Shown here: one piece after another, positions 1 through 9,872 of the stretch
How the letters are laid out: each line of letters begins with the position of its first letter
Position numbering within the stretch: the first letter of the stretch is position 1
Assembly: GCF_004010195.1 (NCBI RefSeq)
Contig: NC_057760.1
Coordinates: 272,320-293,763 of the forward strand
Direction: 5' to 3'
Length of the DNA stretch: 21,444 nt
Source of the DNA: Chiloscyllium plagiosum
Taxonomy: Eukaryota
Notes under the pieces: model-generated
Told to the model about the DNA's origin: nothing
The model's database searches: none
The model's input: the letters and a program-made list of their open reading frames with translations, nothing else
Program-made: the position numbers and the translations under genes

Positions 1-195
1 GACAGCACCCGCTCCCTCAGCACAGACCCTCCGACAGTGCCTGCTCCCCAGCGCTGACCCTCAGACAGTGCCCGCTCTCTCAGCGCTGACCCTCCGACAG
101 TGCCCGCTCCCTCAGTGCTGATTCTCTGACAGTGCCTGATCCCTCAGACAGTGCCCACTCCCTTAGTGCTGACCCTCTGGCAGTGCCCACTCCCT
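1..195. repeat. 32-bp GC-rich minisatellite (GACAGTGCCCGCTCCCTCAGCGCTGACCCTCC), ~6 units, runs off window start
   Basis: Units start at 1, 33, 64, 96, 128 (truncated), 147 and 179; read directly. Confidence 0.95.
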
Positions 196-429
196 AACAT
201 ATAACACTGTGGGAGGTGGGGAGGGTTGTGCATTGGGACATGAGGATAAAAACACAGGCTGATGCCTCCTTCCTCCAGCCCAGACCCTGCTGTCCTTCTG
301 CGCCAGCTTTACGGGAGTTTAAAATTCCCAAACTCTTGTCCAGCCGAGCCGTCTGCCCGTTCCTGTTGGAACAGGTCCAATTCCATCAGAACCTTACTTG
401 CAAAACTAATGAAGTGATTCAGCCACAGC

Positions 430-452
430 CAGAGAGAGAGAGAGAGACAGAG
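430..452. repeat. (GA)n microsatellite
   Basis: cagagagagagagagagacagag. Confidence 0.85.
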
Positions 453-1069
453 GTGTACTGGGGTTTAGCATATCCATTTGACTGGAACGTGAGAAACTGC
501 AATAATAGCAAGAATTAGCTGGAACCTTTTCATTTCGTCTCCTTGTTAATGAAACAAAACAATGAAATAAGAAAGGTAATCTTTATAAAAGTAAAATGGG
601 AAAGAATATATCATTAAAGCACCAACCTCTGATAGATTGAATGATATGACGAGACTCACCTAATCAGGAATATTTACACTCTACCAGCCAATTCTAAAAT
701 TCCTGATGAGATTCCTGCTTATTTTTATTTCAGTAGAAAAGAAACATGCATTACCCACCCGGTTTGTGTTGCAAGGGCCGCCGTCAGTTCCTTGTCTCAG
801 TAAATAGTGCGTTGGTTTCCCCCTTGCTACTGTGGTAGCTGTCGCTGTGATTTCTTCCCTGTTCTGTGGGTGTTGAAGTCAACAGGAAAAATAGCCTCCA
901 CTTTCCACAGACAGTCTCACACACACATGCAAAGGCAACAATCTTAGCTCCACCTCACTCTCTCGGTATTGGTTGTATCGAATTAGCAGATCCCTTGTCT
1001 GTCTGGGAGAGGGAGGTTTCAGCAAGAGTGGGAGGTGGGGCAGACGGGGTGGAATTGCAAGAGACCTGA

Positions 1070-1173
1070 AAACCATAAGATATAGGCCATTCGGCCCATT
1101 GAGTCTGCCATTTGATCATGGCTGACTTATTTCTCAACCCCACACTCCTTCTTCCCCATAACCCTTCATCCCC
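1070..1173 (-). mobile_element. CR1-clade LINE 3' UTR fragment
   Basis: The reverse complement (…GGGTTATGGGGAAGAAGGAG…GGGTTGAGAAATAAGTCAGCCATGATCAAATGGCAGACTCAATGGGCCGAATGGCCTATATCTTATGG) matches the shark CR1 3' end pattern with the GGCCGAATGGCC stem-loop. Confidence 0.75.
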
Positions 1174-1189
1174 CATCGAGTTCTGCTGG

Positions 1190-1351
1190 CTGCAGCTTTG
1201 GCTCAGTGGTTAGTACCACTGCCTCATGGTGCCAGGGACCTGGGTTCGATTCCACTCTCGGGTGACTGTCTGTGTAGAATTTGCATGTTTTCGCCCCGTG
1301 TCTGCATGGGTTTATTTCGGGTCCTCCACTTTCCTCCCCATAGTCCAAAGG
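1190..1351 (+). mobile_element. tRNA-derived V-SINE (HE1-like) head plus V domain, diverged
   Basis: A box TGGCTCAGTGG 1199-1209 and B box GGTTCGATTCC 1243-1253, followed by the V domain (TTTGCATGTT…CCCCGTGTCTGC…TTTCCTCCC…AGTCCAAAG); homologous to 2292-2460. Confidence 0.9.
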
Positions 1352-1718
1352 CGTGCAGGTTAGACTGGAATTGCCCATAGATCCCAAGGCTGTGCAGCTT
1401 AGCGTGGATTGGCCATACTAAATTGTCTCATAGTATCCAGGGGTGTGCAGGTTAGGGTGGGTTGGCCATGGGAAATTGTCCCTTAGTGTCCAGGGATATG
1501 CAGGTTAGGGTGGGTTGGCCATGGGAAATTGTCCCTTAGTGTCGAGGGATGTGCAGGTTAGGGTGGATTGGCTATGCTAAATTGTCCCATGGTGTCCAGG
1601 GATATGCAGGTTAAAGTAGATTTGCCATACGAAATTCTCCCATGGTGTCTATGGATGTGTGGATTAGGGTGGATTAGCCATACTATAGTGTCCGGGAATG
1701 TGTGGGTAAGGGTGGATT
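1352..1718 (+). repeat. 53-bp tandem array derived from a V-SINE internal segment
   Basis: Unit ~GTGCAGGTTAGGGTGGATTGGCCATGCTAAATTGTCCCATAGTGTCCAGGGAT, ~7 copies; corresponds to 2454-2497 of the intact SINE. Confidence 0.9.
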
Positions 1719-1720
1719 CG

Positions 1721-1850
1721 CGCTAACCTGCATATCCACGCTAACCTGCATATCCCTGGACACTATGGGACAATTTAGCACAGCCAATCCACCCTAACCT
1801 GCACATCCCTGGACACTACGGGACAACTTAGCATGGCCAATCCATCCTAA
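1721..1850 (-). repeat. Same 53-bp SINE-derived array in inverted orientation
   Basis: CTAACCTGCACATCCCTGGACACTA(T/C)GGGACAATTTAGCA…GCCAATCCA is the reverse complement of the preceding unit, ~2.5 copies. Confidence 0.9.
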
Positions 1851-2291
1851 TATAGGGAAATAGATGGTGACATCTTGCAAAATGTCCAGATTACAGAGGA
1901 GGAAGTGCTGGATGTCTTGAAATGGTTAAAGGTGGATAAATCCCCAGGGCCTGATCAGGTGTACCCGAGAACTCTGTGGGAAGCTAGAAAAGAGATTGCT
2001 GGGCCTCTTGCTGAGATATTTGTATCATCGATGGTCACAGGTGAGGTGCCGGAAGACTGGAGGTTGGCAAATGTGGTGCCACTGTTTAAGAAGGGCGGTA
2101 AAGACAAGCCAGGGAACTATAGACCAGTGAGCCTGACCTCGGTGGTGGGCAAGTTGTTGGAGGGAATCCTGAGGGACAGGATGTACATGTATTTAGAAAG
2201 GCAAGGACGGATTAGTGATAGTCAACATGGCTTTGTGTGTGGGAAATCATGTCTCACAAACTTGGTTGAGTGTTTTGAAGAAGAGTGTTTT

Positions 2292-2625
2292 GGGCGGCAC
2301 GGTGGCACAGTGGTTAGCACTGCTGCCTCACAGCGTCAGAGACCTGGGTTCAATTCCTGCCTCAGGCGACTGACTGTGTGGAGTTTGCACGTTCTCCCCG
2401 TGTCTGCGTGGGTTTCCGCCGGGTGCTCCGGTTTCCTCCCACAGTCCAAAGATGTGCAGGTCAGGTGAATTGGCCATGCTAAATTGCCCGCAGTGTTAGG
2501 TGTTAGGTATAGGGGTAAACTGTAGGGGTATGGGTGGGTTGCGCTTCGGCGGGTCGGTGTGGACTTGTTGGGCCAACGGGCCTGTTTCCACACTGTAATG
2601 TAATCTAATGTAATCTGTAATCTAA
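2292..2625 (+). mobile_element. Full-length HE1-like V-SINE
   Basis: GGGCGGCACGGTGGCACAGTGGTTAGC head, B box GGTTCAATTCC, V domain, LINE-like tail GGCC…GGGCCTGTTTCCACACTGT plus (TAATC)-type repeats; it splits the LINE reading frame. Confidence 0.95.
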
Positions 2626-2793
2626 AAAGTAACAAAGAAGATTGATGAGGGCAGAGCATTAGATGTGCGCTATATGGACTTCAGTAAGGCGTTCGACAAG
2701 GTTCCCCATGGGAGACTGATTAGCAAGGTTAGATCTCATGGAATACGGGATAACTAGCCATTTGGATACAGAACTGGCTGAAAGGTAGAAGTC

Positions 2794-3108
2794 AGTGGCA
2801 CGGTGGCACAGTGGTTTGCACTGCTGCCTCACAGCGCCAGACACCCGGGTTCAATTCCCATCTCAGGCGACTGACTGTGTGGAGTTTGCATGTTCTCCCC
2901 GTGTCTGCGTGGGTTTCCTCCGGGTGCTCCGGTTTCCTCCCACAGTCCAAAGATGTGCTGGTCAGGTGAAATGGCCGTGCTAAATTGCCCGTAGTGTTAG
3001 GTAAGGGGTAAATGTAGGGGTATGGGTGGGGTGCGCTTCGGCGGGTCGGTGTGGACTTGTTGGGCCGAAGGGCCTGTTTCCACACTGTGAGTAATCTAAC
3101 CTAATCTA
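2794..3108 (+). mobile_element. Full-length HE1-like V-SINE (second copy)
   Basis: Highly similar to 2292-2625; inserted in the LINE at GGTAGAAG^ACAGAGG. Confidence 0.95.
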
Positions 3109-3511
3109 AAGACAGAGGGTGGTGGTGAAGGGTTGTTTTCAGACTGGAGGCCTGTGACCAGTGGAGGCCACAAGGATTGGTGCTGGGTCCTCTACTTTTT
3201 GTCATTTACATAAATGATTTGAATGTGAGCCTAAGAGATACAGTTAGTAAGTTTGCAGATGACACTAAAATTGGAGGTGTAGTGGACAGTAAATAGGGTT
3301 ACCTCAGATTACAATAGGATCTGGACCAATGGGCCAATGGGCTGAGAAGTGGCAGATGGAGTTTAATTCAGATAAATGCGGGGTGCTGCATTTTGGGAAA
3401 GCAAATCTTAGCAGGACTTATACACTTAATGGTAAGGTCCTAGGGAATGTTGCTGAACAAAGAGACCTTGGAGTGCAGGTTCATAGCTCCTTGAAAGTGG
3501 AGTCGCAGGTA

Positions 3512-3712
3512 NNNNNNNNNNNNNNNNNNNNNNNNNNNNNNNNNNNNNNNNNNNNNNNNNNNNNNNNNNNNNNNNNNNNNNNNNNNNNNNNNNNNNNNNN
3601 NNNNNNNNNNNNNNNNNNNNNNNNNNNNNNNNNNNNNNNNNNNNNNNNNNNNNNNNNNNNNNNNNNNNNNNNNNNNNNNNNNNNNNNNNNNNNNNNNNNN
3701 NNNNNNNNNNNN
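3512..3712. other. Assembly gap (201 N)
   Basis: Run of N. Confidence 1.
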
Positions 3713-4270
3713 TTTAACATGGCCAATCCACCCTAACCTATACAATCCTGGGCCCTATGGGACAGTTTAACATGGCCAATCCACCCTAACCTATACAATC
3801 CTGGGCCCTATGGGACAGTTTAACATGGCCAATCCACCCTAACCTATACAATCCTGGGCCCTATGGGACAGTTTAACATGGCCAATCCACCCTAACCTAT
3901 ACAATCCTGGGCCCTATGGGACAGTTTAACATGGCCAATCCACCCTAACCTATACAATCCTGGGCCCTACGGGACAATTTAGCATAGCCAATCCACCCTA
4001 ACCTATACAATCCTGGGCCCTATGGGACAGTTTAACATGGCCAATCCACCCTAACCTGTACATCACTGGGCACTACAGGACAATTTAGCATGGCCAATCC
4101 ACCCTAACCTGCCCATCCCTGGGCACTACGGGACAATTTAACATGGCCTATCCACCCTAACCTACACAATCCTGGGCCCTATGGGACAATTTAACATGGC
4201 CAATCCACCCTAACCTGCCCATCCCTGGGGCACTATGGGACAATTTAACATGGCCTATCCATCCTAACCT
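3713..4270 (-). repeat. 53-bp SINE-derived tandem array (~10 copies)
   Basis: TTTAACATGGCCAATCCACCCTAACCTATACAATCCTGGGCCCTATGGGACAG at 3713, 3766, 3819, 3872 and onward; the first four units are identical and later ones diverge. Confidence 0.97.
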
Positions 4271-4396
4271 GCATTCCTTTGGACTGTGGGAGGAAACCCG
4301 CACAGACATAGGAAAGAGTGTGGAAGTTCCAAGAAGACAGTCACCCAGGTCCCTGCTGCTGTCAGGCAGCCGTGCTAACCATTGAGCCACCATGCC
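4271..4396 (-). mobile_element. V-SINE head (with internal deletions) from which the 3713-4270 array extends
   Basis: The reverse complement begins GGCATGGTGGCTCAATGGTTAGCAC…GGGACCTGGGTGACTGTC…TTTCCTCCCACAGTCCAAAG; the B box is deleted. Confidence 0.85.
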
Positions 4397-5002
4397 TTAT
4401 CACTGATCTGTAAGTGGCCCTGTTCTCTCCCTCCTTACACTTTCATCATTAAGATGCCCATCAAAGCTCATAAGCTCACCTTTGCCATGTTTTTGTCCCC
4501 TCGCTTTACCTGCCTGTATTCCTGTGGAGACTACTCACTAATTAGCTTCCCATCTGTTTTTAGAAAATCTTCAGACTTGGTTATAAAATAAATACATTTT
4601 TGTCAAACAGATCATTAATATTTATGGTACATGGTGTGGCCCCAGTCCCGACGTCTGTAGCACTAGGTGCCATCCTATTATACAGACGAGAAGATGGAAG
4701 CTCAGAACTAAACATTGAGGGGTAGGTGACTTTTTGAAAGGTAATAGTAGCGTAGCATTGTCAAAAAGCCTGAACCCTGGTGGCATCCACAATGAAATAT
4801 TCAAAGGAAGTATTCTGAATGCAATCTTATGAATCCTTCCCAATCAATATTAAAATGAGCATCACCTATGAGTAATGTACTGCCTTATTTTTAACATGCC
4901 CTCATTATCTCCTGAATTCCTCTTTGTCTCTGGAGGTCACTACTGTTAGGGAAGCAAATGCTACTCCCACAAGCATTTTCTTCCTACTTTATTACTGTTT
5001 GA

Positions 5003-5401
5003 ACTATAGGGAGAGGATGAATAGGCTGGGGCTATATTCCCTGGGGCTGAAGGCATGACCTTATGGATGTTTATAAAAACATGAGGGGGGGCATGGACAG
5101 GGTCTTTTCTCCTGGGGTGGGTGGAGTCCAAAACTAAATGGCATAAGTTTAGGGTGAGATTTAAAAGGAACCAAAGGGACAACATTTTCACACAGAGTGT
5201 GGTGTGGAAGGAGTTGCCAGAGGAAGTGGTGGAGGCTGGTACGATTACAACATTTAAAAGGCACCTGGATGGGTGTATGAATTGGAAGAGTTTAGAGGGA
5301 TATGGGCCAAATGCTGGCACATGGGACTAGATTAATTTGGGATATCTGGTCAGCATGGATGGGTTTGGATTTGTTTCCATGCTGTACAACTCTATGACTC
5401 T
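5003..5401 (+). mobile_element. CR1/HER1 LINE 3' end
   Basis: HKFRVR…FTQSVVWKELPEEVVEAGTITTFKRHLD, then the 3' UTR ending TGTTTCCATGCTGTACAACTCTATGACTCT. Confidence 0.92.
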
Positions 5402-5625
5402 AAATGGATTCTGTATATTACGAATATTTAGTGCTATCATGCTTATTCCCTCTTGCGGTGAGATGACAATATTTTAATAATATTTAGCTCCAAGTTTGCA
5501 CATAAATGCAGCTCTTAAAAATACACACCTCCATGTTAATTAAGCTCTTAGTTTACATGCAGACTATAATTGCAAGTATTCATTTATTACAAGAAATTAT
5601 GATAAGTTTGGCTTGCACAAGTTAC

Positions 5626-6290
5626 TCATCATCATCTGAGGTCTCTCAGAGATGGGATGACTCTCTTCCACTCTCAGGTGAGTCTGTAGGTGGCTGTACA
5701 AACTGATGGGGCTACCATAGGCTCTGTTACACTTGGGGCAGAAGGTGGTCACGGGAAGGGGTGAGTAATATTTGCAATAGTTGCCCTGTTGATGTGGCAT
5801 GTGCTGCTTTCGCTGCTGTCGTTTTTTTCCCGACGGCAAGTCTCGAGGTGCTCAACATTTTCCCAGATGCTCCTCCTCCACTTCGGACTGTCTTGGGCCA
5901 GTGATTCCCAGTGGGGAATGCCGCACTTTCCCCCCGAGTGAGGCCTTGAGGTGTACCCCTGAAGCGCTTCCTCTGTCCGCCTGCCTTTTCGGAACTGGGA
6001 ATAGAGCACCCTGCTTGGGGAGTTTCGTGTGGATCATGGGGACGACGCGCCCAGGCCATCGAAGCCAACCAAGAGGTAGTCAGTGTCTCGAAGCTGGGGA
6101 TGATGGCCTGGTCGAGGGGCACTGGTGTTCTCCCAGTGGCTCAGCAGGATCTTGCACACGCAGGGACTGCCCCAGCACCATGAGGTCCCTGCTGTAGATA
6201 GCCCACGTCTCAGAGCCATATAGGAGGGTGGAACCACCACATCTCTGTAAACCAAGAGCTTGGTGTTGGATCTGATGGACAGGTAGTTCT
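5626..6290 (-). mobile_element. RTE-clade LINE 3' fragment (frameshifted)
   Basis: Minus-strand peptides TLLYGSETW, LPKQ, GGQRKRF, WESLAQDSPKWRRSI and a C-terminal CPKCNR…LYSHLQTH; (GAT)n tail at 5626-5636. Confidence 0.88.
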
Positions 6291-6342
6291 GCTATAACCC
6301 GCATTTATTAAATGTGATTTGTCTGTCATGCGATTGGTGAAT

Positions 6343-7290
6343 TAGAGTCATAGAGTCATAGAGATGTACAGCATGGAAACAGACCCTTCGGTCCAACCCG
6401 NNNNNNNNNNNNNNNNNNNNNNNNNNNNNNNNNNNNNNNNNNNNNNNACCCTCTGTGTGAAAAAGTTGCCCCATAGGTCTCTTTCCCCTCTCACCCTAAA
6501 CCTATGCCCTCTAGTTCTGCACTCCTCCACCCCAGGGAAAAGACTTTGCCTATTTACCCTATCCATGCCCCTTAGGTCTCTTTTATATCTTTCCCCTCTC
6601 ACCCTAAACCTATGCCCTCTAATTCTGGACTCCCCCACCCCAAGGAAAAGACTTTATTTACCCTAACCATGCCCCTCATAATTTTGTAAACCTCTATAAG
6701 GTCACCCCTCAGCCTCTGACACTCTGACACTCCAGGGAAAACAGCCCCAGCTGTTTCCCTAAGCCTCTCCCTGTAGCTCAAATCCTCCAACCCTGGCATC
6801 ATCCTTGTAAATCTTTTCTGAACCCTTTCAAGTTTCACAACATCTTTCTGACAGGAAGGAGACCAGAATTGCACGCAATATTCCAACAGTGGCCTAACCA
6901 ATGTCCTGTACAGCCGCAGCATGACCCCCCAACTCCTGTACTCAATACTCTGACCAATAAAAGAAAGCATACCAAACGCCACCTTCACTATCCTATCTAC
7001 GACTCCAACTTCAATGAGCTATAAACCTGCACTCCAAGGTCTCTTTGTTCAGCAACACTCCCTGGGGCCTTACCATTAAGTGTATAAGTCCTGCTAAGAT
7101 TGCTTTCCCAAAATGCAGCACCTCGCATTTATCTGAATTAAACTCCATCTGCCACTCCTCAACCCATTGGCCCATCTAGTCAAGATCCTCTTGTAATCTG
7201 AGGTAACCTTCTTCGCTGTCCACTACACCTCCAATTTTGGTGTCATCTGCAAACTTACTAACTGTACCTCTTATGCTCACATCCAAATCG
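6343..7290 (-). mobile_element. CR1/HER1 LINE, 5'-truncated, with 3' tail
   Basis: ORF 6599-6988: LYRTLVRPLLEYCVQFWSP…LERVQKRFTRM…RLRGDLIEVYKIM. FADD codons near 7243-7254. Tail (TAGAGTCA)n at 6343-6365. A ~90 bp internal duplication (6481-6571 vs 6589-6675). Confidence 0.95.
6401..6447. other. Assembly gap (47 N)
   Basis: Run of N. Confidence 1.
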
Positions 7291-7558
7291 TCAACCGTTA
7301 TTTTCAAAATGGAGTGAATTCCTGTTCGCTGTTGCACAATTCTTGTCCCTGGCGCTAGGTATCGTGGAGGAGTTGACTCAGCGTTGGCATCACGTGATTA
7401 GTTGGCTCATGCACTTTCTCACGAAAGGTATTGTGGAATGTTTGTGGAGTTGGAAAAGCATTGTGAAAATGTCTCTACAGCCTGAGGGCAAGACTCAGGG
7501 AGCAATCTGTTATTCTAAAACTTTAAAGAGTTGAGGGAGGAGTGAAATTTCACTGGGA

Positions 7559-7772
7559 TTGGGAAGAATAACAGGAAGGCAGAGTACTGGGTCAATGGAA
7601 AGATTCTTGGTAGTGTGGAGTCCGTGTACACAGATCCCTGAAAGTTGCCACCCAGATGGATAGTGCTGTTAAGAAGGCATACGGTGTGTTAGGTTTCATT
7701 CGTAGAGGGATTGAGTTCCAGAGCCGCAATATCATGCTGCAACTATACAAAATGCTGGTGCGGCCACACTTG
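7559..7772 (+). mobile_element. CR1 ORF2 fragment, same subfamily as 8360-9872
   Basis: Very similar to ~8902-9134 except for a ~19 bp deletion; DSAVKKAYGVLGFIRRGIEFQSRNIMLQLYKMLVRPHL. Confidence 0.92.
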
Positions 7773-7945
7773 CAAAAGCCCTTCATCAGGAATAAAGGCA
7801 GTGAGCCTGAAGCGTGGAGAGATGAAGGGCTTTTGCCCGAAACGTCGATTTCGAAGCTCCTTGGATGCTGCCTGAACTGCTGTGCTCTTCCAGCACCACT
7901 AATCCAGAATCTGGTTTCCAGCATCTGCAGTCATTGTTTTTACCT
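7773..7945 (+). mobile_element. Penelope-like element terminus, family A, with short inverted 5' arm
   Basis: CAAAAGCCCTTCATC (7773) is the reverse complement of GATGAAGGGCTTTTG (7821); ends CCAGCATCTGCAGTC…ACCT like 14735-14950 and 19193-19396. Confidence 0.8.
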
Positions 7946-8359
7946 CGTTACATTTGTATTAAGAGCCTTTTACTCTATTATTGTTCAAAAAAGTATGTTC
8001 AGATGTTAAAGAGTATCTGCAGACTCATGAGACATCTGTTTCAGGTACTAATCACTGCAAAAAAGTGCCAGCACAGGCGCTTGGACATGGTCGGTCAGCT
8101 GCTCAGAGACCGGAAACTCTGCCCATAGTGGGTGAGGGAGAGAAAGGTGTTACTTTTGGCGCATGTGTGGAGATATCCAGAGGGGGTGAGTAGGCTGTGC
8201 AGAAGAAATTCAGGGTTAGTCAGGGTCAGATGTTAGCGAGGATGAGAGTGGGTAGGTAAGATGTTGCAGGAAATGGTGGGAACCGTAGCAGAGATAGGGT
8301 GAGTGTGAGATATCGCTGAAGAGATGGTGGCACTTTCATTGGCAGAATGAAGGTCATTG

Positions 8360-9872
8360 ATCTAGCAAGCAACAATTTGATTTCAGATAGTCAACATGGT
8401 TTTGTCAAGGGCAGGTCGTGTCTTACAAGCCTCATTGAGTTTTTTTGAGAAGGTGACCAAGCATGTAGATGAGGGTAGGGCAGTTGACGTGGTATACATG
8501 GACTTCAGTAAAGCCTTTGATAAGGTTCCACATGGTAGGCTGTTGGAGAAAATACAGAGGCATGGAATTGAGGGTGATTTAGCAGTTTGGATTAGAAACT
8601 AGCTTTCTGAAAGAAGGCAAGCAAGTGGTGGTTGATGGAAAATATTCAGCCTGGAGTCCGGTTACTAGTGGTGTGCCACAAGGATCTGTTTTGGGACCAC
8701 TGCTGTTTGTCATTTTTATAAATGTCTGAGACACAGGCAAAGGTGGATGGATTAGTAAATTTGTAGACAACACTAAAGTAAGTGGAGGAGTGAACAGTGT
8801 GGAAGAATGTTACAGGTTGCAGGGGGACTTGGATAAACTGTAGAATTGGGCTGAGAGTTGGTAAATGGAGTTCAATGCAGCTAAATGTGAGGTGATGCAT
8901 TTTGGGAAGAAAAACAGGAAGGCAGAGTATTGGGTCAATGGAAAGATTCTTGGCCGTGTGGATGTGCAGAGGGATCTTGGAGTCCATGTACACAGATCCC
9001 TGAAAGTTGCCACCCAGGTTGATAGTGCTGTTAAGAAGGCATATGGTGTGTTAGTTTTCATTCGTAGAGGGATTGAGTTCCAGAGCCGCAATATCATGCT
9101 GCAGTTATACAAAATGCTGGTGCAGCCACACTTGGAACATTGTGTACAGTTCTGGTCGCCATATTTCGGGAAGAACGTGGAAGCATTGGAAAAGGTGCAG
9201 AGGAGATTTACCAGGATGTTGCCTGGTCTGGAGGGAAGGTCTTATGAGGAAAGGCTGAGAGACTTGAACCTGTTGTCACTGGCAAGGCGGCGGCTAAGAG
9301 GGGATTTGATAGAGACATACAGGATGATCAGAAGACTAGATAGGGTAAACAGTGAAAGTCTTTATCCTAGGATGATGACATCAGCGTGTACGAGAGGGCA
9401 TAACTACAAATTGAGGGATGATAGATTTAAGACAGATGTCAGAGGCAGGTTCTTTACGCAGAGTGGTAAGAGCGTGGAATGCCCTACCTGCTAATGTAGT
9501 CAACTCAGCCACATTAGGGAGATTTGAACAATCCTTACATAAGCACATGGATGATTTTGGGATAGTGTAGGTTTTTTCTAGGATGATGATAACAGCGTGT
9601 ACGAGAGGGCATAACTACAAATTGAGGGGTGATCAATTTAAGACAGATGTCAGAGGCAGGTTCTTTACTCAGACAGTGGTAAGGGTTTGGAATGCCCTAC
9701 CTGCTAATGTAGGTAACTCAGCCACGTTAAGGAGATTTAAACAATCCTTAGATAAGCACATGGATGATTTTGGGATAGTATAGGGGGTACGAGCTGAGAA
9801 TAGTTCACAGGTCGGCGCAACATCGAGGGCCGAAGGGCCTGTTCTGCGCTGTATTGTTCTATGTTCAATGTT
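8360..9872 (+). mobile_element. CR1 LINE ORF2 (RT to 3' UTR), 5'-truncated
   Basis: [35 protein letters not shown] and the 209-aa ORF 8865-9494; 3' stem-loop GGCCGAAGGGCC and (GTTCTAT)-type tail; ~212 bp tandem duplication of the 3' segment. Confidence 0.95.

Larger units (their letters stand above)
1851..3511 (+). mobile_element. CR1/HER1-type LINE ORF2 (reverse transcriptase) fragment, interrupted by two SINEs, ending at an assembly gap
   Basis: ORF 1875: KSPGPDQVYPR…PEDWRLANVVPLFKKG…PGNYRPVSLTSVVGKLLE…SQHGF…KSCLTNL. It resumes at ~2627 (MDFSKAFDKVPH) and at ~3109 (KFADDTK at ~3249; WQMEFNSDKC…DLGV). Stops and frameshifts are present. Confidence 0.95.

Noticed and set aside
397..419. ACTTGCAAAACTAATGAAGTGATT resembling the satellite monomer
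   Set aside because: Only a 12-bp exact match with no flanking similarity; plausibly chance.
216..518. 100-aa ORF as a host gene
   Set aside because: It has a GTG start, runs through a (GA)n microsatellite and has no recognisable domain.
651..720. Possible minus-strand exon (AG…AG|GTGAGT)
   Set aside because: All three frames contain stops and there is no supporting neighbouring exon.
2292..2365. SINE heads as tRNA genes
   Set aside because: They continue into the V domain and LINE-like tail and lack a proper acceptor stem and terminator.
3713..4270. Tandem arrays (also 1-195 and 10093-12790) as CRISPR-like
   Set aside because: They are head-to-tail monomers without unique spacers, there are no cas genes, and the context is eukaryotic.
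4760..4832. KSLNPGGIHNEIFKG resembling the LINE K.PGPDGI..E motif
   Set aside because: Too short and degenerate to call.
8058..8125. Minus-strand GC-rich stretch ending in T6 as a Pol III RNA
   Set aside because: No A/B box and no resemblance to 7SK, Y, vault or U6-type RNAs that I can recognise.
8865..9494. 209-aa ORF as a functional gene
   Set aside because: It is the C-terminal part of a 5'-truncated CR1 ORF2; the upstream RT has frameshifts, a stop and FVDN in place of FADD.
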